Below are positions 9,939 through 20,137 of a stretch of DNA of 64,000 nucleotides, in pieces. The position numbers and the translations under genes were made by a program. This DNA is from Bacillales bacterium UBA4951 (GTDB lineage: Bacteria > Bacillota_I > Bacilli_A > RFN20 > CAG-826), in the NCBI GenBank assembly GCA_002397465.1, contig DHAP01000001.1, positions 8,449-72,448 on the forward strand. Direction: 5' to 3'. The notes beneath the pieces were generated by a model. That model was not told the DNA's origin and did no database searches. It saw only the letters and a program-made list of their open reading frames with translations. Positions within the stretch are counted from its first letter, which is position 1, and each line of letters opens with the position of its first letter.

Positions 9939-11149
9939 TGTGGATCTATCTCCTTATAGATTTCGATAAGCTCGTTCTTGTTCATTTCTTTAGGCACCGG
10001 GTAAAGAGGGTTGGCCTCTTTGTTTGCCCTGGCCGCCAATAAAGAAATGTCTTCTGGTTTGATGAGATGGTCGAAGCTCTTTGGAATGCCCATCTTCTCG
10101 TTCATGTCTTCGATCCAAGCGATGAAGGCAACGGCCTTTTCATGGGTTGACGCTCCGCTCTTGGTGAGGGTGATGGCATCAGAAAGCCTGGCCAAAGCTT
10201 TTTCGGCCTTTACCCCATAGGCTTTAAGGACATAAGGAAGGATGATGGCATTTGCCAAACCATGTGGCACGTTATATTCGCCGCCTAAGGAATGGGCGAT
10301 CGCGTGGACATATCCGACATAGCTTCTTGTGAAGGAGACGCCGGCCAAATAAGCCGCCCGTTGCATGTTGCTTCGTGGAGCCTCGTCCTCGGGATTGCTA
10401 TAAAAAGCATAGAGATTGTCGGAGATAAGCCTGACCGCCTCGATGGCGTAGCTTCTGGTTTTCTTTGTCAAAGAATGGCCAATGTAGCTCTCAACGGCAT
10501 GCGTCAAAGCATCCATTCCCGTCGAAGAAATGATCTTTTTTGGCAATTTCTTCAGCAAAGAAGAATCCAAAACGGCCACTGCCGGAATGAGCTTAGGATC
10601 CTCGATTGCGAATTTCTCATGTGTCTTGGAATTGACGACCACAGCCGCCAAAGTGGCTTCGCTGCCGGTCCCGGCTGTCGTCGGAATGGCGATGAGCAAA
10701 GGAAGACGTTTTCTTACCTTGAGGATGCCACGCATCTTCGAAAGGGACTTCTTGGGATTGCTCATGAGGGCGCCGACGGCTTTGCCGACATCCATGCTGG
10801 AACCACCGCCGATGGCGATGATCGAATCGCAGTTGTTCTTTTTGGCCATCGCAAAGGCTTCGTTGATGCAGTCAAAAGTCGGGTTGGCCACCACGTCTTT
10901 GTAAACTATGTAAGTGAGGCTTTCTTCGTCGAGTTTCTTAAGAAGCGGGTCGCATAGCCCAAGCGAGTAGATGCCAGGATCGGTGACGATCAAAGGACGA
11001 GAGAAGCCTTTTTTATGAAGGTAGGCCGGTATTTTGGCGCTGGCGCCTTCGCCTTGGATGACCTCTGGTTCTTTGAATGAAAGGAAGTAAGAGGCAAAGT
11101 TGATGATTTTTTGATAGAGGCGGCAATAGCCGCGGACAAAGAAATTCAT
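9935..11149 (-). CDS. iron-containing alcohol dehydrogenase
   Basis: 404 aa; Fe-ADH glycine-rich NAD site IAIGGGSSMDVGKAVG and conserved His cluster. Confidence 0.85.
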   Translation of the reverse strand: MNFFVRGYCRLYQKIINFASYFLSFKEPEVIQGEGASAKIPAYLHKKGFSRPLIVTDPGIYSLGLCDPLLKKLDEESLTYIVYKDVVANPTFDCINEAFAMAKKNNCDSIIAIGGGSSMDVGKAVGALMSNPKKSLSKMRGILKVRKRLPLLIAIPTTAGTGSEATLAAVVVNSKTHEKFAIEDPKLIPAVAVLDSSLLKKLPKKIISSTGMDALTHAVESYIGHSLTKKTRSYAIEAVRLISDNLYAFYSNPEDEAPRSNMQRAAYLAGVSFTRSYVGYVHAIAHSLGGEYNVPHGLANAIILPYVLKAYGVKAEKALARLSDAITLTKSGASTHEKAVAFIAWIEDMNEKMGIPKSFDHLIKPEDISLLAARANKEANPLYPVPKEMNKNELIEIYKEIDPQ

Positions 11150-11167
11150 TGTGTTATCCCTCTTACT

Positions 11168-12730
11168 CTATAATAGCGGCCCTACCAAGCGCAATAAAGT
11201 CCATAAGACGAATCTTTTCTTTCTCCATTTCTTCCATTCATCGAAGCTCACTTCATGAGAAACCCCGATTGTGTCTAAGAAATCTTGTTTCATTGTCCCG
11301 ATTGCCCGGTTCTTCGCCAAGAAAGTTCCGCACTCAAGGTGGAGGTAAAGGCTTCGATAGTCCATGTTTATCGTCCCCTCAGTCGCCATCGTGTCATCAA
11401 CGATGACCATCTTCTGATGGACGAAGCCAGGAGTGTACTCATAGATTTTGACGCCGGCCTGAAGCAAAGGCCCATAGTTGCTCTTGGTGAGCTGGAAGAC
11501 GAGTTTCTTATCAGGGACGCCCGGAACCAATATTCTCACGTCGGTCCCCTGCAAAGCCGCGATTCTTATGGCCTCGCGGAGCTTTTCGTCCAAGATGAGA
11601 TACGGAGTCGAGATATAAGCGTAATTAGTGGCCTTGCCCATGATCGAGAGATAAACGCCCTCGCCGACCTCTTCATTCGAATACGGCATGGCGCCATATG
11701 GCTGAACGAAGCCATCGCTCACTGGGAAGCCGCCATCTTCATCGATGTAGGTCTCTGGGCGGTAATGGTCATAGTTGATCTTTTCTTTCGGCTCAAATGA
11801 GGTAACCCAGTTAGAGAGGAAAAGAAGGGTGAAGCCATAGACGGCCTTGCCTTTGATCATGATGGAATTGTCTTTCCAATGGCCATGTTTTTGGACGTGG
11901 TTGATGTACTCGTCGGCCAGGTTGATGCCGCCCGTGAAGCAAGTGTGCCCATCGATGACCATGATCTTTCGGTGGTCACGGTTGTTCATTCGGACGTCGA
12001 GGACTGGTTTGATCTTGGCGAATGAATAGGCTTTTATCCCGTATTCGCGGAGTCTCTTGTAGTAATGGACTGGGGTCGAGCCAAGATTGCCGACGTCATC
12101 GTAAACGACGCGGACGTCGACTCCCTCTTTGACTTTCTCTTTGAGAATCGAAAGGATCGAATCCCAGAATAAGCCAGGAGTAATGATGAAATATTCGATG
12201 AAGATATAGTGTTTGGCTTTTGAAAGCTCACGCAGCATCACCGGAAAAGCCACATCCCCCAAGGGGAAATACTCTACTTTGCTGTTTGTGTAGGCCCCTG
12301 ATTCGGAGGCTTGCTCGATATAATGGGAGACATCGGCGGCGGCCGGGCATTCGGCCTCTAGTTTCCTTGCCGTTTCATCGGTCGTCGGATCGTGGGACAA
12401 AGCCGCATAATAACGAGCCAAGAAGCGACTTTCTTTTTTGGTTCTGATCTTATGGGCGAACATGATGTAGAAAATGAGCCCGAAGACAGGGAAGGCCGCC
12501 ATCATGAAGAGCCAGACTATTTTGTATTCGTCACCAGAGTCATTATTGACCGCAAAGATTGCCACCGCGATGGAGACGAGCCATAAAGCCAAGAGAATCC
12601 AACCCCCAGCCGAGCTTTCCAAAAAGCCAGCCGTCAATAAATAAACGAAGGCGATCACCAGTCCTAACTCAACAAGGATGCTGAGGATGATGACCATCTT
12701 CTGCCAATAGCCGTTCTTGAACATTTTCAT
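11168..12730 (-). CDS. cls: cardiolipin synthase (phospholipase D family, two HKD motifs)
   Basis: 520 aa; two N-terminal TM helices; HKD motifs DHRKIMVIDG and HQKMVIVDD. Confidence 0.85.
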   Translation of the reverse strand: MKMFKNGYWQKMVIILSILVELGLVIAFVYLLTAGFLESSAGGWILLALWLVSIAVAIFAVNNDSGDEYKIVWLFMMAAFPVFGLIFYIMFAHKIRTKKESRFLARYYAALSHDPTTDETARKLEAECPAAADVSHYIEQASESGAYTNSKVEYFPLGDVAFPVMLRELSKAKHYIFIEYFIITPGLFWDSILSILKEKVKEGVDVRVVYDDVGNLGSTPVHYYKRLREYGIKAYSFAKIKPVLDVRMNNRDHRKIMVIDGHTCFTGGINLADEYINHVQKHGHWKDNSIMIKGKAVYGFTLLFLSNWVTSFEPKEKINYDHYRPETYIDEDGGFPVSDGFVQPYGAMPYSNEEVGEGVYLSIMGKATNYAYISTPYLILDEKLREAIRIAALQGTDVRILVPGVPDKKLVFQLTKSNYGPLLQAGVKIYEYTPGFVHQKMVIVDDTMATEGTINMDYRSLYLHLECGTFLAKNRAIGTMKQDFLDTIGVSHEVSFDEWKKWRKKRFVLWTLLRLVGPLL

Positions 12731-12791
12731 CGCGCCTATTGTATACGAAAAAGAGCCTATTTTATAGGCTCATGGTTTAATTTGAGAAAAC

Positions 12792-13739
12792 TTATCCCCA
12801 GATGGAGTCCATATGGGTCCTTTTGGCCCCGATCTGACCCCCGTCATGGTTCCGGTTATCGACGAATTCATGAAGCTTATCAACGATCGGAAGGCCTTTT
12901 TCGCCTTCTTCAAGAGTTGGAAGAAGCGACTCATAATCTTCCAAAGCCTTGTCGAAGAGTTCCATGAAACTCTCGTTATGGATCTTGCCAGTCGAGGCAT
13001 CGGGCCAGCCAGTTTTCTTTTCGTTAAGGAAATCAAGGGAGGCGTGCTCTGCTGGGATCTTGCTCGGGAAGTTCATGGCGAAAGGCAAAGAGTTCTCGCC
13101 CATTATCTTCTTAAGAAGCCATCTCTTGAATGAGTGGTTCACGTTAACGAACTTCTCGATCGACATGTAGTCTTTGACTCCGAAATAGAAACTGTCCGGA
13201 CTGATCGCGGGGTTCTTGAGCGTTTGGAGGTTGACCTCATACCACATCCTGGATATCTCTTTCAGTTCTTTTGAAGGAACCTTGAGATATTTATAGCAGG
13301 AATAGGTGAATGTGTCCTCGTTTTTGCCGATCTCCATGTCGAGATAGGTCTCAAACAAACAATGGAGGGCGGCGTACTTCTTCTCATCTTCTTTTTTAAG
13401 GGCGAATCCAGACCTTGGGAAGATGTAGGCGTGGCATGACCTATCAAGAGAATAATGAAGGAACAAGCCATGAATGTAGGAGATAAGGCTATCTTTATAA
13501 GATGATTTCAAAGCGTATTCGATGAGTTTGGAGTAGATGTCGCTCACATCGATGTGATGGAGGTCGCGTCCAAAGGAATCGACTCCTTTGACGTCTCTCC
13601 GTTTTTTCCAAGGAAGCTGCCCATAGAAGAAGAAGGGATCAGGTCCCTGTGAGCCTAACTCAAAGCACTCATCGGAATATTCCTTGCCTCTGGATAGAGC
13701 TTTTTTAGCGCATGTGTAGTGGGTTATGATGGCTGGCAT
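12792..13739 (-). CDS. zinc-dependent phospholipase C family (PF00882-like) protein, cytoplasmic
   Basis: 315 aa; N-terminal HYTCA...GSQGPDPFFFYG and LFLHYSLDRSCHAY resemble the Zn-binding HYxxD...H core of Zn-PLC/P1-nuclease-like proteins; no signal peptide; paralog at 39975..40955. Confidence 0.6.
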   Translation of the reverse strand: MPAIITHYTCAKKALSRGKEYSDECFELGSQGPDPFFFYGQLPWKKRRDVKGVDSFGRDLHHIDVSDIYSKLIEYALKSSYKDSLISYIHGLFLHYSLDRSCHAYIFPRSGFALKKEDEKKYAALHCLFETYLDMEIGKNEDTFTYSCYKYLKVPSKELKEISRMWYEVNLQTLKNPAISPDSFYFGVKDYMSIEKFVNVNHSFKRWLLKKIMGENSLPFAMNFPSKIPAEHASLDFLNEKKTGWPDASTGKIHNESFMELFDKALEDYESLLPTLEEGEKGLPIVDKLHEFVDNRNHDGGQIGAKRTHMDSIWG

Positions 13740-13741
13740 AT

Positions 13742-15286
13742 CTAGTCATCATCCCCTAAGGCCTCTAGGCCCTTTTTGTTTTTGACTTTGACTGACTTCG
13801 CGTTTTTGACGAAGGCGAAGACTATGCCAGCCGCGGCCATCAAGCAGCATGAATAGATCGGCAAAGCCTGCCATCCGGTTGCCCTGAAGATGAAGCCGAT
13901 GACGATCGGGGTGATCGACTGGGCAATCATGGATGCCGCGTAATAGTAGCCGGTAAACTTGCCAATGTTTTTGCCGGTGCAAAGCTCGACGACCATCGGG
14001 AAAGAACAGTTATGGATCATGGCAGAACCGAATCCGACAAAGGCGAATATCAGGTAAAGGACCCATGGGAAAGTGTTGTAGCCGCTGGTAGCGCTAGCAA
14101 CGCCCGTAGGTGTGACGAAACAAAAACCGAAATAAGAAAGCGTCACGACGCATAGCCCAATGAATATCGTCCATTTTCTGCCGATTTTGTCGGCGATTCT
14201 TCCAGCAAAGAGGAACATTATGGCTCCGCAGGCTCCGGAAATCGTCGTGGCAATCGTCGAGCTGGAGTCGCTGGCGTCCAAATACCATAAAGTGTAATTG
14301 CCGAAGAAGGTCTCGATGGCGTTGAAAGACATGAACCACAGGACTTCGGCGGCCAAGATGAGAATCAAGGTTCTCTTGTTGGCGTTGCTCATCGGCTTGT
14401 CGTCCTCGACTTTGTCGATAACTTCAGCCTCTTCTTCGCCGCGTCTCATATCATCGGCGACTTCTTTGGAAACCTTGTTTTCATTGATCGTGAAGAACAA
14501 GACGAAAGCTGCGATGACCATGACGATGGAGGCTACGAGGAACGGAACGAAGATGATATAGAAGCTTCCTTCTTTAAGGTATTTCGAGAATGGGAGAAAG
14601 ATGCCGAGCAAAGCGGCGACGCCACCGCCGATATAGCCGACGATGTTGATGATGCCGTTGGCTCTTGAGCGAAGAGGCTTCGGTGTCATGTCAGGCATCA
14701 AGGCGACGGCAGGCGAACGGTAGGCCATCATGAAGATGAGGACTATCACCATCATGGCGATCATGCCGGCGATGTTGTTGTAATAATAGAAGACTGGGAT
14801 GAATGGGAAGGCGATGGCGGAGATGATGGTGCCTATCATGATGTACGGCATCCTGTGACCCCAGCGTTTCGAATGGGTCTTGTCGCTGAGCCTTCCGAAG
14901 ATCGGCATCAAGAACAAAGCAGCCACGTTATCAAGTGCCATGACGATGCCGACGAGATACTGAACGTCAAGTTTCTCGCTGTTGGTAAGCTCGCTTGAGG
15001 TTTTCCCGAACTCCATCTGAGCAAACGAGATGGTCAGGAACTTCGAGCAGTACGTGTTGTAGATCGACCAGAGAAGCAAGATTCCGAAGAAAGCGAAGCC
15101 GATGAGGAAGGTCCTCTTGTAGTTCAGCTTCAACGGAGGTTTGGCAGGGTTCTTGTCCCCGCCTGAAAGCGTGGCATCGTTGACGCCAGTGCTTTCGGCA
15201 ACTGTTTGTTTATCCATATTGATTACGATTGTAAGTGCTTCCATGAAAAATGGAAGAGGGAACTTTTTCCTTTCATTAGAAAGCAT
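13742..15286 (-). CDS. MFS transporter, glycoside-pentoside-hexuronide (GPH) cation symporter-like
   Basis: About 12 TM helices with GPH/MFS_2-like composition. The true start is likely an internal Met (MDKQTVAE, about 15217). Confidence 0.65.
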   Translation of the reverse strand: MLSNERKKFPLPFFMEALTIVINMDKQTVAESTGVNDATLSGGDKNPAKPPLKLNYKRTFLIGFAFFGILLLWSIYNTYCSKFLTISFAQMEFGKTSSELTNSEKLDVQYLVGIVMALDNVAALFLMPIFGRLSDKTHSKRWGHRMPYIMIGTIISAIAFPFIPVFYYYNNIAGMIAMMVIVLIFMMAYRSPAVALMPDMTPKPLRSRANGIINIVGYIGGGVAALLGIFLPFSKYLKEGSFYIIFVPFLVASIVMVIAAFVLFFTINENKVSKEVADDMRRGEEEAEVIDKVEDDKPMSNANKRTLILILAAEVLWFMSFNAIETFFGNYTLWYLDASDSSSTIATTISGACGAIMFLFAGRIADKIGRKWTIFIGLCVVTLSYFGFCFVTPTGVASATSGYNTFPWVLYLIFAFVGFGSAMIHNCSFPMVVELCTGKNIGKFTGYYYAASMIAQSITPIVIGFIFRATGWQALPIYSCCLMAAAGIVFAFVKNAKSVKVKNKKGLEALGDDD

Positions 15287-15374
15287 CCGCTAAAAGGCAC
15301 ATGGGAATGAAGAGTAAAAGAAGCGTTTGTTGAAGCTACGTTCAGTAAAGGGATTTTCCGATAGATTGACATCT

Positions 15375-15854
15375 TCAATTGATATAGATTTCCTTGATTT
15401 CATCGAAATAAGCGGCCACTTCTTTTGATGGGTCCTTATACATCTTTATCATCCCGTCTATCACGTTGTCCGGGACCCACTTGTCCCTTTCCCTTCTTTT
15501 GTTCTGAAGATAGCACAGGGAATAATCGTGGGCCTTGAGCATCACGAGGATGGCTTTGTCGTAGCCTTTTAGGCGCTTCATGTAATATTCTCTCCGATAG
15601 TCATCCAAGAATATCGAGTCTTCTATGAGGGTGCATTCGCTTTCATTGGAAGAGAGGAAATCGTTGCCCTCTTTGATCATCTCGTCGAAAATCACCTTCA
15701 TGTCGGAAGGAAAAACCAAATAAGAACCAGTTATCTTTTTCCTGGTCTCGTCAGTGTCCACGATCAAAGTGTTCCTGTGGTTTTTGGCATAGTCTTTGGC
15801 CCAGCGGCTTTTGCCGCTTCCTGGAATGCCAGCCATGAGTATCAATGTTTTCAT
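15375..15854 (-). CDS. AAA_33/P-loop kinase family protein
   Basis: 159 aa; Walker A MAGIPGSGKS at the N-terminus; small zeta-toxin/polynucleotide-kinase-like fold. Confidence 0.6.
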   Translation of the reverse strand: MKTLILMAGIPGSGKSRWAKDYAKNHRNTLIVDTDETRKKITGSYLVFPSDMKVIFDEMIKEGNDFLSSNESECTLIEDSIFLDDYRREYYMKRLKGYDKAILVMLKAHDYSLCYLQNKRRERDKWVPDNVIDGMIKMYKDPSKEVAAYFDEIKEIYIN

Positions 15855-15866
15855 ACAGTGTATAGA

Positions 15867-16775
15867 TTAGACAAGCTTCTTGCGGAGCCAGCTTGATAAT
15901 AGGTCAACAACTATAATCATCAAAACAATGCCGAGGGTATCCGCGCCCATACGGGTGAAATCGCCGCTTCCGTAGTCGTTGTTGAAGTAATAGCCGATGC
16001 CGGCGTACTTGCCCAAGATGATGCCGAGCATCGTCCCGGTCCTGATGTTGATGTCTAGACGATAGAGCCCGACCGAGAGGAAGGAAGGGAAGACCTGAGG
16101 GAGGACCGATAGCCTGACGGTTTGAATCTTGCCGGCTCCCGAGGCTTCAAGAGCCTCCATGCTCGTGAGGTCGGCTTCGTTAATCTGATCGCTGTAGAGC
16201 TTGCCGATCATTCCAAGTGAGTGGAGCGACAAAGCAAGAATCGCGGTAAAGGAGGTTTGCCCAGAAAGCCTGATGAGGAACAAGCCCAAGAGAATCTCCG
16301 GGAAGGTTCTGATCAAGATGAGGAAGATCTCGCTGATGAAAGCCCATTTGCCAAAGAGACGATGGGAAGCCAATAGTCCAAGCGGAATCGAAAGAACGAA
16401 GGCAATGAAGGTCGCGATTATCGTAAGGCAAAGAGTCACGAAGCAGTTATAGACGACACCGTTCTCAAAACCACCTAGATTGTTGCTGGTTCCAAAGAAA
16501 TAGTCCCAGTCCGGAGTGAAGAAGTTCTTCATTCTGGTCGCTAGCGTGTTCCAAGGAATCGGACGGTCAAAACAATCCAAAATGGAAATGTCGTTGTTCA
16601 TGTATAGGACCAAAAGAATGAAGACGATCCCGCATATTATCGTGACGATCCACATATGGGGACGAGCCTGATAGGCGCTGACCGGGTCCTTATAATGGGT
16701 CAGACCTTTTTTGTCTCCGGTGAAATAATTGGAGGCTTTGCGGAATATTGATGGTTTCTTTTCGCTTTGTTCCAT
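15867..16775 (-). CDS. phnE: phosphonate/phosphite-type ABC transporter permease (PhnE-like)
   Basis: 302 aa, polytopic; EAA-like loop EALEASGAG. Confidence 0.7.
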   Translation of the reverse strand: MEQSEKKPSIFRKASNYFTGDKKGLTHYKDPVSAYQARPHMWIVTIICGIVFILLVLYMNNDISILDCFDRPIPWNTLATRMKNFFTPDWDYFFGTSNNLGGFENGVVYNCFVTLCLTIIATFIAFVLSIPLGLLASHRLFGKWAFISEIFLILIRTFPEILLGLFLIRLSGQTSFTAILALSLHSLGMIGKLYSDQINEADLTSMEALEASGAGKIQTVRLSVLPQVFPSFLSVGLYRLDINIRTGTMLGIILGKYAGIGYYFNNDYGSGDFTRMGADTLGIVLMIIVVDLLSSWLRKKLV

Positions 16776-16780
16776 GTCTT

Positions 16781-17761
16781 TTACCTGAGCTTCCTGACCA
16801 TCCAGTTGGAGATGAACTGCAAGGCGGCAACCACCAATAGTAACGGTAGTAACATCGATCCGGCGTAGTCGAAATAACCGGCCGAGATGTTGTCCTGAAG
16901 AATGGTGATATAGCCACCGAAACCAACATAAGAAAGGATGACTGAGGCCCTGATGTTGATCTCAAGGGTGTAGATGAAATAGGCGAAGAACATCGGCTTG
17001 ACTTCTGGGTGCAGGCCCAGGTTCACGTTTTGGAGGGAGCGTCCACCGCTGGCCCTTATGGCCTCAAATGGCGACATCTCCAATGTTTCGATGAACTCAT
17101 ACATCATCTGGTACATGATGCCGATTGTGAAAACGGCGATTGTGAGGACGCCATCGATGTTGTTGGCGATGGAGAAAATCTGGGAGATCAATAGACCGAC
17201 AAGGAACATCGGGATGGTTCTGATCAAGTCGTTTATCAAACGGACTGGGGTCCTGATCCAAGGATTGGAGGTGACGTTACGGGCGCATAGATAATAAACG
17301 GGGATGGAAATCAAGCTTCCTAGAAGCGTGCCAAGAAAGCAAATCTCGAAAAGGTGCCAGAAGCTGGTCGTGAAAGTGTTCCAGCTATAGGCCCACCACC
17401 CGGCGATGGTTTTTGTGCGAAGGGGCGATGGGGTGAAAAGGGAAGCGAATGCCTCAAAGAACGCCGACCAGGTAAAACGAATTGTCCTTTGCTTGATCGA
17501 AAGGAAACAAATGAGGAGGACCACCGCCATCAAAGCGACCCAAAACCAGAATTTGATCGGGCGCTTTTTGCTTATCGTCCTCATCATGCTGCCATCTTGT
17601 TTTTCGGAGATGTCGACGCTCACTTCTTTATAGGAGATTTTGGCGTCGAAAGCCTTGACTCTGGCGTTGCAGCTGGAGAAGCCTTTATAGATAGGGCCAG
17701 ACTCCCATTTTTTCTTTCTTTCGAGTTTGGCCGCGATTATTTCTTCTTTCGTTCTCTTCAT
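16781..17761 (-). CDS. phnE: phosphonate/phosphite-type ABC transporter permease (PhnE-like), second copy
   Basis: Polytopic; EAA-like loop EAIRASGG. Start adjusted to the ATG at 17761 (MKRTKEE), immediately after the phnC stop; the track ORF begins at 17815 inside phnC. Confidence 0.65.
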   Translation of the reverse strand: MKRTKEEIIAAKLERKKKWESGPIYKGFSSCNARVKAFDAKISYKEVSVDISEKQDGSMMRTISKKRPIKFWFWVALMAVVLLICFLSIKQRTIRFTWSAFFEAFASLFTPSPLRTKTIAGWWAYSWNTFTTSFWHLFEICFLGTLLGSLISIPVYYLCARNVTSNPWIRTPVRLINDLIRTIPMFLVGLLISQIFSIANNIDGVLTIAVFTIGIMYQMMYEFIETLEMSPFEAIRASGGRSLQNVNLGLHPEVKPMFFAYFIYTLEINIRASVILSYVGFGGYITILQDNISAGYFDYAGSMLLPLLLVVAALQFISNWMVRKLR

Positions 17762-17762
17762 C

Positions 17763-18566
17763 TTATTCACCTGCCGGCTCATCAGGTATTTCCTGAACTT
17801 CGTCGATGTTTCCAAGCTTTTCGTTGCTGGATAATGAACGGCCGTAAATCTTGATGCAGACTTCGTCAGTCACTTCCTCGGGCTTTCCGTCAAAGACTAT
17901 TTTGCCAGCCCTGATGCCGATGATCCTCGAAGAGTATTTCTTCGCGAGGTCAACGTGATGCATATTGGCCAAAATAGTGATGCCCATGCGGTTGATTCTT
18001 GTGAAATCGTTCATGACTGAAAGGGTTGTGACCGGATCGAGAGAGGCGACCGGCTCATCGGCCAAAATCAGTTTTGGCTCCTGAGTGAGGCTTCTTGCCA
18101 AGGCGACTCTTTGCTGCTGACCGCCTGATAATTGGTCGGCCCTGACATAGGCTTTGTCAAGAATGCCGAACTTATCCAAAGAACGAAGGGCCAGCATCTT
18201 TTCTTCTTTGCTGTAAATCCCGAATATCGTATCGAAGGTATTGTGGTAGCCGACACGCCCTGCGAGGACGTTTTTGTAGACGCTTGACCTTTTGACGAGG
18301 TTGAAGGACTGGAAGATCATCCCGATGTTCCTTCTCTCTTCGCGCAAGGCCTTGCCTTTGAGCTTTGAAATATCGACCCCATCCACCAAAATCTCACCCG
18401 CTTGGATGTCATGCATCCTGTTTATGCAGCGGATGAGGGTGGATTTGCCCGCGCCAGAAAGGCCGATTATGGAGACGAACTCCCCATCGTTTATGGTAAG
18501 GCTGACGTCCGAGAGGGCTTTATACCCATTGGAGTAAACCTTGTCTACGTGTTTGAGTTCGATCAT
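17763..18566 (-). CDS. phnC: phosphonate-type ABC transporter ATP-binding protein (PhnC-like)
   Basis: 267 aa; Walker [10 protein letters not shown]; signature [13 protein letters not shown]; Walker B ILADEP; PhnC-like N-terminus [11 protein letters not shown]. Confidence 0.8.
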   Translation of the reverse strand: MIELKHVDKVYSNGYKALSDVSLTINDGEFVSIIGLSGAGKSTLIRCINRMHDIQAGEILVDGVDISKLKGKALREERRNIGMIFQSFNLVKRSSVYKNVLAGRVGYHNTFDTIFGIYSKEEKMLALRSLDKFGILDKAYVRADQLSGGQQQRVALARSLTQEPKLILADEPVASLDPVTTLSVMNDFTRINRMGITILANMHHVDLAKKYSSRIIGIRAGKIVFDGKPEEVTDEVCIKIYGRSLSSNEKLGNIDEVQEIPDEPAGE

Positions 18567-18613
18567 GATGATGCCTTTCTGTGCGCGGTTGAAATCAAAA
18601 TTTAGACTAGAGA

Positions 18614-19795
18614 TCAGCTATTGGTGTGTTCCTGTGTCCAGGTATACATCTCTCTGGCCTTGTCATAATCACTGTCAGAAGCATCCTTGTATCCGGTGTG
18701 GCTGTAGATCTGATAGAGATAATAGGCAGCGGTTCCTTCGGTGTTTTTGTCACCATCGGCGGCCGCGGCTTTGAGAGCGACCTTGATGGCGTTCCTCATG
18801 CCGTCGTCGGTGTCTTTGTAGACGGAGACGGTGTCGTTCATGATTGGGTCAGTGATGGCAATGGTATAGGTCTTGTCAAAGACTGCCGGATCATTGTGGT
18901 AGGCCGAGGTATCGGTGACATAGGCTGCGCCGTAACGTGTGTCGAAGTAGCCAAGGGTGACGTCGATCGTGCCATCCATGATCTTGGTGACGGCTTCGTT
19001 GTAGGTGCCCTGTTTGGTCGAGATGATGGCTTTGTCTTTGTCACTGTCGGAAAGGCTGTTGTAAGTGTCTTTGTCAACAAAGCCTTTGGTGTAGCCGGCG
19101 TCATAGAAAAGCTTGTTAGGATAGACATATCCGCTGGAAGAGCCGGTCTCCATGATTCCGACGATGGCTTTGCTGTCATGAACCTCTTTGAGGGTGACGG
19201 TTCCGTCATGGTCCAAATCAAGATCGGTCAATCCGAGTTGCTCGCGGTATTCGTCTCTGAGGCAATAGACAACGCCGGAGTAATAGCTGACGGTGGTCGT
19301 CGATTGCTCGCCGTGATATGAATAGGCTTCGGAGGCATTGGCGCTCGTGACGGCAGCACCACTCGAGGTGATTTCGCCGTTCATGGCTTTTCTTTGAGTC
19401 TCTTTGGCATCATCGGTGAATCCTGGGAAATCATCGGCTTGGACTTTGTATCCGGCGCGGGCGGCAGAGAGCAAGACGTCGACTTTGCCAGGATTCTCCA
19501 AGGAGACCTGAGCGTAGTTGGCGGCTGGTAAGAAAGCTCCGTCGACCTGTCCTGAGACTAGGGCCGAGGTCGTGGCGCTATAAGAGGCGCCGACATCGAT
19601 TTCGAACTCATAGCCGCTGACATAGGAATTGAGGAATGGAACGAGCGAATCGGCAAGCGGGGTCAATTTGCTGGCGTCCACAGATGGTACTAATTGAAGA
19701 TGGATAGTCTTGGTAGAACTGGAGCCGTCGCATCCAGTCAAGGCAGCTGACATTACGAGCCCGCCCAGCACAAAGAAACTCAGACTTTTTCTCAT
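18614..19795 (-). CDS. phnD: PhnD/p37-like ABC substrate-binding lipoprotein
   Basis: Start taken at [22 protein letters not shown] (lipobox LTGC). Transport operon order is SBP-ATPase-permease-permease; the ligand (phosphonate, phosphite or another p37-type substrate) is not determinable from sequence. Confidence 0.65.
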   Translation of the reverse strand: MRKSLSFFVLGGLVMSAALTGCDGSSSTKTIHLQLVPSVDASKLTPLADSLVPFLNSYVSGYEFEIDVGASYSATTSALVSGQVDGAFLPAANYAQVSLENPGKVDVLLSAARAGYKVQADDFPGFTDDAKETQRKAMNGEITSSGAAVTSANASEAYSYHGEQSTTTVSYYSGVVYCLRDEYREQLGLTDLDLDHDGTVTLKEVHDSKAIVGIMETGSSSGYVYPNKLFYDAGYTKGFVDKDTYNSLSDSDKDKAIISTKQGTYNEAVTKIMDGTIDVTLGYFDTRYGAAYVTDTSAYHNDPAVFDKTYTIAITDPIMNDTVSVYKDTDDGMRNAIKVALKAAAADGDKNTEGTAAYYLYQIYSHTGYKDASDSDYDKAREMYTWTQEHTNS

Positions 19796-20137
19796 TTGTT
19801 TTTCCTTTTGAGGGATCCCCTCATTGAATGGCATTCGGGCTATATGCAAGCCTTAAAAAGAGTGAACAACTCCCCTTGTCCGCGCGTGACTTGGAGTGAA
19901 GATCTCTCGCATGCTTGTTTTTGCCTTTTTGCAATAAAATAGTAGTCCATCCGAAATACGAAAAAAGTTTTTTTCGGAGTTAAAGCCATTGAAAACGCTT
20001 TGCCTCAGTTTTTCTTTAACATCCAAATATTGTTGGCGCATACTATAGAGTTCGCCACCGATAACAAGGACATCATATCGACGTTATTAAAAAAGTAAAC
20101 CCCCAATCAATTATTTATTGATTTTTTTATACAGCGT

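Noticed and set aside
18626-19321. 231-aa antisense ORF inside the PhnD-like gene (and similar long antisense ORFs at 10292..10957, 7459..7968, 53302..53892, 11285..11800)
   Set aside because: These are shadow ORFs opposite well-supported genes, with G/V/D-rich or R-rich low-complexity translations typical of antisense frames in this GC range.
15867-19795. Firm substrate assignment of the PhnCDE-like transporter as phosphonate uptake
   Set aside because: The PhnD/PhnE/PhnC family also includes phosphite, hypophosphite and Mollicutes p37 (thiamine-PP) systems, and no C-P lyase or phosphonatase genes are nearby. It is left as 'Phn-type' only.
19850-20137. Looked for a TPP riboswitch upstream of the p37/PhnD-like transporter (Mollicutes p37 binds thiamine pyrophosphate)
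   Set aside because: No CUGAGA / ACCUGAUCUGGAUAAUGCCAGCGUAGGGA-type THI-box elements are present; only a weak AT-rich hairpin.
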